Shown piece by piece: positions 1 through 12,163 of a stretch of DNA of 64,000 bases. Origin of the DNA: Candidatus Multivorans sp. Its GTDB lineage: Bacteria; Acidobacteriota; Thermoanaerobaculia; Multivoradales; Multivoraceae. Below the pieces are notes generated by a model. It saw only the letters and a program-made list of their open reading frames with translations. It was not told where the DNA came from and ran no database searches. How positions within the stretch are numbered: position 1 is the first letter of the stretch; each line of letters starts with the position of its first letter. The position numbers and the translations under genes were made by a program. The DNA lies in contig OZ244152.1 of the NCBI GenBank assembly GCA_965216125.1, forward strand, positions 4,427,947-4,491,946, read 5' to 3'.

Positions 1-1380
1 CCCTCCGATCAGCCTGCGCAATACGGACCTGAGCGTGGCGCCCGCCCTTGAGTGGTACAGGCTCGCCAGCCGACTGCGCACCTCCCGAGCTCCGATATCT
101 CCAGGGCCGGGCGCCGAGGCGAGGAAGATCGGGTCGAGGTCGTGTTCGAACCGGCCCTTGGTCTCCAGCCAATCCCCAAACCGCGCAAGACCGGCGCCTC
201 TTTCCTGAGCGTTGAGAAAGGCGATCCTCATGTCGCTGCGGGACCGCAGTAGATAGCGTTGCAGCCGCGACAAGTAGGGCGGCGCCCGGCGAGGACCGTT
301 CAGCCAGTCGAAGAAGCTGGCGCCATCGCCTCCCGCGGTTTGGAACGGGTCACCGAAGCGGCGACGGCGATGCACGTCGAGCGACAGGAAGAGCGAACGC
401 GCCAAATCAGGAACCCGGACGCCGTTGTCGAAGCGACTGAACGCGTACGGCCATCGGCGACAGTCGCCATGGCCCTCGGCCAGTACCCGCGCGGCGTACC
501 GCCGGATGATCTCACCGGCTTTGCCCCGGGCGTCGAGATCCGCGAGTCGGAACCGGTCCTGGTGCTTTGAAACACCATCCAGACGTTCCGGATCGAGGCC
601 GCTGAAGTGGAAGAAGTAGAGCGGCTCACCGTTGGCCAGATAGCGAGCATCCACAGGTGACTCGACCGCATCGTCCCCGCCGCCGGCCGATGTGACCACC
701 CTGTGCGCCAGGTTCCAGTAGGCGACATTCAATCCGGGCTGCTTCAGAACCGCGACGCCGTCGAACAGCAGCGGCGCCAGGTCCATCCACTTCTGATCGA
801 CGAAGAGGCCCAGATCGACCCGGTCGACGCAGCGGTCGAACAGTCGCGCCTGCCACCACGCGAGCAACCGTCTGGTTTCGGCCGACGCGCGCAGGCCGAC
901 GAACCCAAGGTTGTAGAGACCCGCCTGCAGCAAGGCCAGTTCTCCAGGGAGGGCGCCGTCGTCCAGAGGACGGTCGATGTGGGGCGTGAGAACGGCGACG
1001 CCTCGATCAAGCCCCTCGAGCACAGGCGCCAGGGGGCGCAGCACCCAGATGTCCGGGTCAAGGTAGATGACCCGTTCGGCGCCGTCGTCGAACAATCGCT
1101 CCAGCAGGTACGGCTTGACGGCTGTGGCCAGTTCGAGAAGCCGGTATTTGAACAGGAACTGCCGCAGTTCCGGCAGGTTGTCCAACTGCTCGACCTCAAG
1201 AACATCGAACGGCTCCTGCTCGGGATCGAAACAGCCGTCCACACGGTCGACGAGGAGTACGACGAAGCGCCCCCCAGGATGATGTTCCAGGAAGGACCGC
1301 GCCAGCACCCGCGCGTAGGCGAGGTAGTTCTTGGCCACGATCGTGCAAGCCACGAGCGAGCCGCCGCTCGAATCACTCAT
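1..1380 (-). CDS. Putative glycosyltransferase-like protein. Complete 5' end with ATG at 1380; the 3' end runs off the window start. About 460 codons are open on the reverse strand (checked by hand); the ORF track lacks it because it has no in-window stop.
   Basis: Uninterrupted reverse-strand frame from 1380 to 1 translating MSDSSGGSLVACTIVAKNYL...FVDQKWMDL...NVAYWNL...FFHFSGLDPE. The ATGA start overlaps the upstream GT4 stop. Motifs resemble nucleotide-sugar transferase families. Confidence 0.6.
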   Translation of the reverse strand, partial: MSDSSGGSLVACTIVAKNYLAYARVLARSFLEHHPGGRFVVLLVDRVDGCFDPEQEPFDVLEVEQLDNLPELRQFLFKYRLLELATAVKPYLLERLFDDGAERVIYLDPDIWVLRPLAPVLEGLDRGVAVLTPHIDRPLDDGALPGELALLQAGLYNLGFVGLRASAETRRLLAWWQARLFDRCVDRVDLGLFVDQKWMDLAPLLFDGVAVLKQPGLNVAYWNLAHRVVTSAGGGDDAVESPVDARYLANGEPLYFFHFSGLDPERLDGVSKHQDRFRLADLDARGKAGEIIRRYAARVLAEGHGDCRRWPYAFSRFDNGVRVPDLARSLFLSLDVHRRRRFGDPFQTAGGDGASFFDWLNGPRRAPPYLSRLQRYLLRSRSDMRIAFLNAQERGAGLARFGDWLETKGRFEHDLDPIFLASAPGPGDIGAREVRSRLASLYHSRAGATLRSVLRRLIGG

Positions 1381-2567
1381 GCTTCGCTCGCTTCGGGGAC
1401 CTGCCGCATCGTCCGCCGTTGGCGTCGCCCGCCGTCATCGCCGCCCTCCCGCCGCCCCGGCCCAACTGCGCCACTCGCCACGTCGCCGTATATCTCGATC
1501 ACCTTGTCCGCTGCCGTCTGCCACGAGAACTGCGCGGCGCGTATGAATCCGGCATCCCGGCAGCGGCGGCGCAGAGACCCATCGCCGAGGAGCGCTTCCA
1601 GGCCACCGCGAAGCGCCACCACGTCGAGCGGGTCGACGCACAGAGCGGCGTCCCCGCCCACCTCGGCCAGCGAGGAGACGTTCGAAGTCAGCACCGGCGT
1701 TCCGCACGCCATCGCCTCCACTACCGGCAGGCCGAAGCCCTCGACCAGGGACGGGTAGGCCACCACCGAGGCGGCGTTGTAGAGGGCAACCAGGTCCTTC
1801 TCTCCGACCGCTCCCAGACGCCGAACGAAGTCGGGCCAGACGCCGGCATACACGGCCTCCTCCTTCCAACCGCCATCGCCGACGAGCACGAGCGGCGTGT
1901 TGCTCAAGAGCTCCGCATCGAGTCCGGAGTAGGCCTCCACCAACCGACCTATGTTCTTGCGCGGCTCGAGGGAGCCGACAGAGAGCACGAACGGACCGTC
2001 GACCCCGAAGCGCTCGGCGAGGCGGCGTCTGGCCGCCGCCAACTCGTTTGCTCCGAGCGCCACGAACACCGGCGACGCCGCCGGGTAGACGACCCGCATC
2101 CGCTCGGGCGCCACGCGGAACCAGCGCTCCACTTCAGCGGCGGTCGCCTGCGAATCGACGAGTAGCGTCGCGTCCTGCGACACCGCGCGCAGGGTCGCTC
2201 GCATGCAGTGCGCCCGGTTGATCGTGCGGTGGTACTGAGGGTGGGTGAGGAACGTCAGGTCGTGGACGGTGAACAACACCGGCCCGTCGAAGAAGCCCGG
2301 ATCCGTGAACGATGTCGTGTGGAACACGTCGAGATCGTCCTCCCCCGGGTGACGGCCGGGGTGCCGCACCGCGCTTGCCGGCAAGTGCCCGAGGACCCGG
2401 TCCCAGGCGGTCGGCTCGGCCTCGAGGCCCGCCGCGTACAGGTGCAACGAAAACCCACCACCACCGTACTCCAGCCGCGCGGCCAACGCATCGAGCAGGT
2501 TCGTGGTGTAACTGGCAATGCCGTCGCGCGGTCCGAAGACCTTGGCGACATCGAAGCCGATGCGCAT
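1377..2567 (-). CDS. Glycosyltransferase family 1 (GT4-type, RfaB/PimA-like)
   Basis: 396-aa ORF with a typical GT-B GT4 C-terminal domain (PSLVEGFGLPVVEAMACGTPVLTS). Translationally coupled to the downstream gene by an ATGA overlap. Confidence 0.85.
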   Translation of the reverse strand: MRIGFDVAKVFGPRDGIASYTTNLLDALAARLEYGGGGFSLHLYAAGLEAEPTAWDRVLGHLPASAVRHPGRHPGEDDLDVFHTTSFTDPGFFDGPVLFTVHDLTFLTHPQYHRTINRAHCMRATLRAVSQDATLLVDSQATAAEVERWFRVAPERMRVVYPAASPVFVALGANELAAARRRLAERFGVDGPFVLSVGSLEPRKNIGRLVEAYSGLDAELLSNTPLVLVGDGGWKEEAVYAGVWPDFVRRLGAVGEKDLVALYNAASVVAYPSLVEGFGLPVVEAMACGTPVLTSNVSSLAEVGGDAALCVDPLDVVALRGGLEALLGDGSLRRRCRDAGFIRAAQFSWQTAADKVIEIYGDVASGAVGPGRREGGDDGGRRQRRTMRQVPEASEA

Positions 2568-2582
2568 GCTGCGACTCCCCTG

Positions 2583-2951
2583 CTATGTCGCTCGTGGAAC
2601 GGTGAGACCCACGTCCGCCCCATGGTCGGACCACGCTTCGGCACGTATCTCCAGCGTCAGACGGCGCAAGCGCTCGGCCGTCCGCTCGGTCAACCTGCCG
2701 CCCCGATCGAGCTTGTCGATCAACGGCAGCACCTGCGCCGGATACAACTCCAAGAACAGCGCCTCTTCGACTTCCGCCGCCCGATCCGACATCTCGTCGA
2801 TCCTGTTCTGAAGGGCGCCGCACAACGTCGCGACCCGCGTCACCTCAAGCCGCAGAGCGTGGATCCGCTGCCGGACCCGCAGCAACACGAACGCCGCCGC
2901 GGCGACCGCGCCGGCAGCCAGGAGCACGAGGAGAACGACAAACGGCCCCAC
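2583..2951 (-). CDS. Small membrane-anchored protein (N-terminal transmembrane helix plus coiled-coil), hypothetical
   Basis: 122-aa ORF with a hydrophobic N-terminus, VVLLVLLAAGAVAAAAFVLL. It sits between the acyltransferase and GT4 genes with 12–16-nt gaps. Confidence 0.45.
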   Translation of the reverse strand: MGPFVVLLVLLAAGAVAAAAFVLLRVRQRIHALRLEVTRVATLCGALQNRIDEMSDRAAEVEEALFLELYPAQVLPLIDKLDRGGRLTERTAERLRRLTLEIRAEAWSDHGADVGLTVPRAT

Positions 2952-2963
2952 AACGGAGGCAGA

Positions 2964-4418
2964 CTAACAGTCGTTCTCCTGCGTCCCGCCTGCGACCGGT
3001 TCGAGATCTGCCGCCAGCCCGGCTACCTCGTCGTACAGCTCGGAGCGCCGCAGGCGCAGGCGCTCCACCGTCCCGGCGCGCAGCCCCACCGTCCACAGCG
3101 CCCGCAGACCGTGACCGAGCCCGGCGATCAGGCGGTGGTACCGGAGGCCGAGCAGCGCCGACGCGGTGCACAGGCCGAGCATCCCGCCGACGCGCACCCA
3201 CAGGGATTCGGGCACCCAGTCGAATCCCGGCAACGGCTCGGTCCAGGCGATGCCGACCGCGAAGCTCGCGACGATCCACGCCGTCGGCAGAATCACGAGA
3301 CCGAGCACCATCTTGAGTCCCGCCTGCTCCTTCCTCGTCTTCGAGAGTTTCTTTGCGCCGAGCACGACCAGAAGCGCCGCAGGCAGGTTGATCAGGCTGC
3401 CGACCAGGACCACTGTGGGCAGGAGCAGCAGCATGACCAGCGCCTCGCCGCCGAGCAGGGCCAGGCGCAGCGCCGTCCGAGCCAGCGGTACGCCGTCCAG
3501 TTCCCGGTCGTTCAGGCCCAGCAGTCGTAGCGCCTCGTCGTAGCGCGTCACCCTGCGCATGAGTCGCCTCGTCCCCTTCGGATCGAGGGAGCGCCGGTTG
3601 CTGTAGCCGGCCCAGACGCGGGCAAAGCCCTGATCCCGCTCGTGCATCCGCGCCCGCCGCAGGCGCTCGCCCGCCCGGGCCGCGCCCTCGGCGCGCACCA
3701 GGGACCGCACCCGCTCCATCGCCCGGTGAATGCCCCAGCTCTCGGTCGGGTGGGTGACCTCGATCAGTTGCTCTTCGATCACGCCGGTCAGGCGATCCAC
3801 GAACGCGTCGGCAGCAGCCTCACCGGCGTCCGACTCCGGTACGCCACCGGGGCCGCAGCGGAGATCAGGCGGCAACTCGACGGGTGCGTGGAAGACGACC
3901 AGAGCCCGAGAACGAAACGCGTACTTGCGCTCGTAGTGCAGACCCACCGGCACCAGCACCGGATCGCCACCGCCCTCCCGGGCAAGTTGAAACAGGCGCG
4001 CCGCTCCGGCCCGTAACTCGAGCAGGTTCGGTTCGTCGTGCGTGGCGCCCTCCGGAAAGATCGCGATGAAGGAGTGCCGCGCCGCCTCGGCAAGAGCAGC
4101 AAGACTCCGGTGATTCGCCGCCCGGCGATCGCGGTCGCTGGCGGGGGCGCCGGCCTCGCCGCGATCCCGAGCCCGGTAGAGCTGCACGGCGCCGACGCCG
4201 CGCAGCAGCCAGCCCACCACAGGGATGCGGAACAGACCGTGACGGGCGCCGAAGGTGACCGGCCGCGGGCAGAACCCGAGGACCAGGACGCCGTCGGCGA
4301 GCCCGTTCGGATGCCACGCGACGAGCAGGCCGCCGCCGTCGCGCGGCACGTTCTCGGCGCCTGTGACTTCGACGCTGCGGAAGAACAGCCTCGCCAACAA
4401 ACGCAGAAAGAGCGTCAA
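2964..4418 (-). CDS. PlsC-family lysophospholipid/glycerol acyltransferase with C-terminal multi-transmembrane extension. The proposed start is TTG at 4418, preceded by AGGAAG; the frame is open to 4895.
   Basis: HX4-5D motif (VAWHPNGLADG) and FPEG motif (IAIFPEGATHDEP). Several C-terminal hydrophobic helices. The AGGAAG Shine-Dalgarno lies 6 nt upstream of TTG 4418, and the sequence upstream of it is a repeat element. Confidence 0.7.
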   Translation of the reverse strand: MTLFLRLLARLFFRSVEVTGAENVPRDGGGLLVAWHPNGLADGVLVLGFCPRPVTFGARHGLFRIPVVGWLLRGVGAVQLYRARDRGEAGAPASDRDRRAANHRSLAALAEAARHSFIAIFPEGATHDEPNLLELRAGAARLFQLAREGGGDPVLVPVGLHYERKYAFRSRALVVFHAPVELPPDLRCGPGGVPESDAGEAAADAFVDRLTGVIEEQLIEVTHPTESWGIHRAMERVRSLVRAEGAARAGERLRRARMHERDQGFARVWAGYSNRRSLDPKGTRRLMRRVTRYDEALRLLGLNDRELDGVPLARTALRLALLGGEALVMLLLLPTVVLVGSLINLPAALLVVLGAKKLSKTRKEQAGLKMVLGLVILPTAWIVASFAVGIAWTEPLPGFDWVPESLWVRVGGMLGLCTASALLGLRYHRLIAGLGHGLRALWTVGLRAGTVERLRLRRSELYDEVAGLAADLEPVAGGTQENDC

Positions 4419-4430
4419 GCAACGCTTCCT

Positions 4431-4508
4431 GAACCCGGGTGGCGCGTTCCGCGCCACCCGTGAACCATCCGTACGCCCGTCATCGGGCGTACGGATGACA
4501 CCCGGTGG
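4431..4508. repeat. Palindromic repeat element, copy A (same family as the tandem copies at 57961–58100)
   Basis: gaacccgggtggcgcgTTCcgcgccacccgtgaaccat + CATCCGTACGCCCG-tcat-CGGGCGTACGGATG + acacccggtgg. It matches the 57961–58100 units over about 80 % of positions, including the identical 10-bp-arm hairpin GGGTGGCGCG-N3-CGCGCCACCC. Confidence 0.6.
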
Positions 4509-4547
4509 ATCGACGCAATTCATCGACGCAGGTACATCGACGCAATT
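4509..4547. promoter_or_regulatory. Three direct repeats of ATCGACGCA with 13–14-bp spacing; candidate transcription-factor site in the divergent comM / acyltransferase intergenic region
   Basis: ATCGACGCAATT at 4509–4520, ATCGACGCA at 4522–4530, ATCGACGCAATT at 4536–4547. Confidence 0.3.
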
Positions 4548-5032
4548 GTACGCCACCGGAGACTCCCGGATCACCGCTACCGTCCGACCGGTCGGACGCT
4601 TGACAACGTCCGTTCCCGCCCCTACCGTGGTTTCATCGATGCAACTGAAGGAGGCGCCATGACACCACCGGGCCATCTCCCGCCCCCGGCCCGCCTGAGC
4701 CGAAATGCCCAGGACGCCAAGCCGGGGGCCGCCAAGTCCGCAGCCTGAGTGGACGAATGACATCCGGCAGTTCGACCGTCGCCTGAATCGCCCGAGCGTC
4801 CGCCAGATCGATGATCTGAACCGGATCGCGCCGAGGCCAACCAGGTGAGTCGAGGCCCAGCGGGCGCCTAACGCCCACCGCGAAATCGCATCCACCCAAA
4901 GCCGGGGACACCCTGAGAGCGCAGGTTCACGCCTGCGCTCTCATTGCGTTCAGGGACCAAGAAGTCGCGCAGACCTCCATCGCGCCTCGCGGCGGATCGA
5001 GGTTCTGGTAGCCGCTTTGCGTCTTAGTCCAT

Positions 5033-6550
5033 GTGATCGCTTACATGAGTTCCGCGACGCCCTGGGGCATCGAGGCGCGAGAGGTCCAGGTCGAGGTCGG
5101 GGCCGACTTCGGTCTGCCCGCGATGCAGTTGATCGGGCTGCCGGACGCCGCGGTTCGGGAGAGCCGTGACCGGGTTCGTTCCGCGATCCGCAACAGCGGC
5201 TACGACCTGAAGAACCGCAATGTCGTCATCAACCTCGCCCCCGCCGACCTGAAGAAGGAGGGAAACCAGCTCGATCTGCCGATCGCCCTGGGCCTCCTCA
5301 CGGCCCACCGCGAACTGACGACCGATTCGCTGGAGGGCCGGATGGCCTGCGGCGAGCTGGGCCTGGACGGCGAGGTACGCCCGATCCGGGGCGCCCTCCA
5401 AGTCGCCGAGTTGGCCGGCAGGCTCGGCATCCGCGAACTCCTGCTTCCGGCCTCGAACAGCCGGCAGGCCGCGGCCCTGTCCGGGACACCGGTGGTTCCG
5501 ATCACCCATCTGAGGGAGGCGATCCAGCACCTGAGCGGCGACCTGGCGATCGGCCCGGCGACTCCGCTCCCCCGTAGCGAAACGAGCGGCGCGACCCCGG
5601 ACTTCTCCGATGTCCGGGGCCAGGAAACCGCCAAGCGAGCGCTCGAGATCGCCGCCGCCGGCGGACACAACGTCCTTTTCGTTGGGCCGCCGGGCACCGG
5701 CAAGACGATGCTCGCCCGCAGGCTGCCCGGCATCCTGCCTCCGCTTACCGAAGCGGAAGCGATCGTAGTCACCAAGATCCACTCGCTGTCCGGCACCGCC
5801 CGCGGCAATGAACTGCTGTGGACACGCCCCTTTCGCAGCCCGCACGCGGGCGTGTCGTCGTCCGGGCTGATCGGCGGCGGCTCCATGCCAAGGCCGGGAG
5901 AGATCAGCCTCGCTCACGGCGGCGTGCTGTTCCTCGACGAACTGCCCGAGTTCCGCCGCGACGCGCTGGAGGCATTGCGCCAGCCGCTCGAGGACGGCGT
6001 CGTCACCGTCGTCAGGGCCCAGGCCCGGCTGACTTTCCCGGCCCGCTTCACCCTGGTCGCCGCCTGCAACCCCTGCCGCTGCGGCCATCTTGGAGACCCC
6101 CGCGCGGATTGCGCCTGTACGACCCGGGACATCGACCGCTACCGCCGTCAGCTCTCAGGACCTCTGCTCGACCGCATCGATCTCCACATCGAGATGCCGG
6201 TACCGAGCCTCGAGGAGCTCAAGGGGCCGGCCTGCGAGACGTCCGCTTCGATCGCCGAGCGGGTGAAGGCGGTCCGCCGTACCCAGGCCTCCCGGTTCCC
6301 CGCCGGACATCCGACACCGCTGAACAGCGCAATGGCGCGCCGGGACCTCGACCGCCACTGCCGGCCGACCTCCGCCGCGCAGGGCCTCATGGACGCCGCG
6401 TTCGAACGCCTGGCGATGTCCGCCCGGGCGCTGACGCGGGCGCTCAAGGTCGCTCGCACCATCGCCGACCTGGACGAGTCCCCCAAGGTCGACGTCACTC
6501 ACGTCGCGGAAGCGATCCAGTACCGGCCACTGGATCGCAGCGGACCGTGA
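5033..6550 (+). CDS. comM: YifB/ComM-family Mg-chelatase-like AAA+ ATPase
   Basis: Lon-like N-terminal domain, Walker A GPPGTGKT, ChlI/MCM-like core and C-terminal Mg_chelatase_C motifs. Confidence 0.9.
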   Translation: MIAYMSSATPWGIEAREVQVEVGADFGLPAMQLIGLPDAAVRESRDRVRSAIRNSGYDLKNRNVVINLAPADLKKEGNQLDLPIALGLLTAHRELTTDSLEGRMACGELGLDGEVRPIRGALQVAELAGRLGIRELLLPASNSRQAAALSGTPVVPITHLREAIQHLSGDLAIGPATPLPRSETSGATPDFSDVRGQETAKRALEIAAAGGHNVLFVGPPGTGKTMLARRLPGILPPLTEAEAIVVTKIHSLSGTARGNELLWTRPFRSPHAGVSSSGLIGGGSMPRPGEISLAHGGVLFLDELPEFRRDALEALRQPLEDGVVTVVRAQARLTFPARFTLVAACNPCRCGHLGDPRADCACTTRDIDRYRRQLSGPLLDRIDLHIEMPVPSLEELKGPACETSASIAERVKAVRRTQASRFPAGHPTPLNSAMARRDLDRHCRPTSAAQGLMDAAFERLAMSARALTRALKVARTIADLDESPKVDVTHVAEAIQYRPLDRSGP

Positions 6551-6563
6551 CGTCGAAGCGGAA

Positions 6564-6604
6564 GGCGGCCGGGCGGGGCCTCCCCTCCACCCCGCCCGGC
6601 CGCC
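6564..6604 (+). terminator. GC-rich hairpin 14 nt after the comM stop (15-bp perfect stem, 11-nt loop), candidate intrinsic terminator without a U-tract
   Basis: GGCGGCCGGGCGGGG-cctcccctcca-CCCCGCCCGGCCGCC. Confidence 0.4.
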
Positions 6605-6685
6605 CCTCTGACGACTGGCGGCATTTGCTGGTAGAGTGCCCGCGTCGGCCCGGTACACGCCGCTGCCCCGCGGAGGCCCGGAGTC

Positions 6686-6714
6686 TTGACACCAGTCCGC
6701 GCAAGACGAATAAT
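6686..6714 (+). promoter_or_regulatory. Sigma70-like promoter TTGACA-17 bp-AATAAT upstream of the M23 peptidase and secA
   Basis: TTGACA at 6686–6691 and AATAAT at 6709–6714 with a 17-nt spacer. This is an AT-rich island in GC-rich DNA, about 75 nt upstream of the 6790 start. Confidence 0.4.
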
Positions 6715-6789
6715 ATTCGGACTCTGCTATACCTCGCGCCAGGGTGGTTGACGCCTGCACAACTCAGCCCCTGACAGGCTCTCACTAGC

Positions 6790-7677
6790 ATGCGATCAAG
6801 GTTCCACACGATTGTTTTCGTCCCGCACTCACAAAAGCGGACCCGGCAGTTTCGCGTCAGCAGCCGCTGGTTGACAACCGCGGCAGTCGCACTTGCTCTG
6901 GTCCTGGGGTTTGTCGGCTGGGCCACCGTCGCCCAACTGCGGTCGGCTGTGGAACTGCGCGACCTCGCCCGAATCGAGAGCGAGAACGAGGAGCTGCGAC
7001 GGGCCAACGATTCGTTCGAGACCAGCATTTCTCGCCTGCAGCAGGCGCTGACCGACGCCGAGGACCGCACGCGGGACCTCGCGATCGTTGCCGGCCTCGG
7101 GCAGATGGTAGGCGGTGAACCGGAGAACCGCCCGTCCGAAGTCGGCGCCGGCGGCAGCTACCCGAGCCCCACGGCTCCCAACAGCTACGACCTGTCCGTG
7201 CTGGAAGCCCGAACCTCCCGGCTCGACGGGCATCTCGACGAGGTGGACGGTGCCGTAGAGGATCGCCTCCTCATGCTCCGCTCAACGCCCATGACCTCAC
7301 CGGTGCGGGGCGTGATCAACAGTGGCTTCGGCTTCCGTCGCGATCCGATCACCGGGCAGCGCTCCCACCACGACGGCATCGACATCGGGGCCGACCGCGA
7401 CCAGCCGGTTTTCGCCACCGCCGACGGCATCGTCGTCCGCGCCGAAAGGGCCGGCAACCTGGGCCGCGCCGTCTACATGATCCACCGCTTCGGCTACGAG
7501 ACGCGCTTCGGCCATCTGTCGAAGATCCTGGTCGACGAGGGCCAGGAGGTCCGGCGAGGCGACATGTTGGGCTGGGTCGGCAACTCGGGACGGGCGACCG
7601 GCTATCACCTGCACTACGAAGTCCGGATCGGCGGCGACACCCGCGATCCGTTCGAGTTCATGCGAGACCAGGGTTAG
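6790..7677 (+). CDS. M23 family metallopeptidase (LytM domain) with N-terminal transmembrane/coiled-coil region
   Basis: HxxxD...HxH peptidase_M23 motifs (HDGIDIGA, GYHLHYEV). Confidence 0.85.
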   Translation: MRSRFHTIVFVPHSQKRTRQFRVSSRWLTTAAVALALVLGFVGWATVAQLRSAVELRDLARIESENEELRRANDSFETSISRLQQALTDAEDRTRDLAIVAGLGQMVGGEPENRPSEVGAGGSYPSPTAPNSYDLSVLEARTSRLDGHLDEVDGAVEDRLLMLRSTPMTSPVRGVINSGFGFRRDPITGQRSHHDGIDIGADRDQPVFATADGIVVRAERAGNLGRAVYMIHRFGYETRFGHLSKILVDEGQEVRRGDMLGWVGNSGRATGYHLHYEVRIGGDTRDPFEFMRDQG

Positions 7678-7793
7678 CGGCAGCACCGTGACGGTGTAAG
7701 TGCCGCACCCCGGGCACTCACCAACTGCGAATCGGCGAACCGTCCGGCAGCGTTAGCTACGCCGCCGGCTCACCATCCCACCGGAACGAGTCG

Positions 7794-10625
<2,832 letters not shown>

Positions 10626-10681
10626 GAGACTGCGCGGCAGAAACTGGGTGCGCCACAGCGTCGCAGTTGATAGCGTTCGGC

Positions 10682-12163
<1,482 letters not shown>

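Noticed and set aside
703-1758. Forward-strand 351-aa ORF and the 744–1376 reverse-strand ORF in the first 1.4 kb
   Set aside because: Hand translation shows the true gene is the reverse-strand frame open from 1380 to position 1 (glycosyltransferase-like). The listed ORFs are off-frame shadows with R/W-rich composition.
5024-6088. 354-aa reverse-strand ORF overlapping comM
   Set aside because: Antisense shadow of the well-supported forward-strand ComM/YifB gene.
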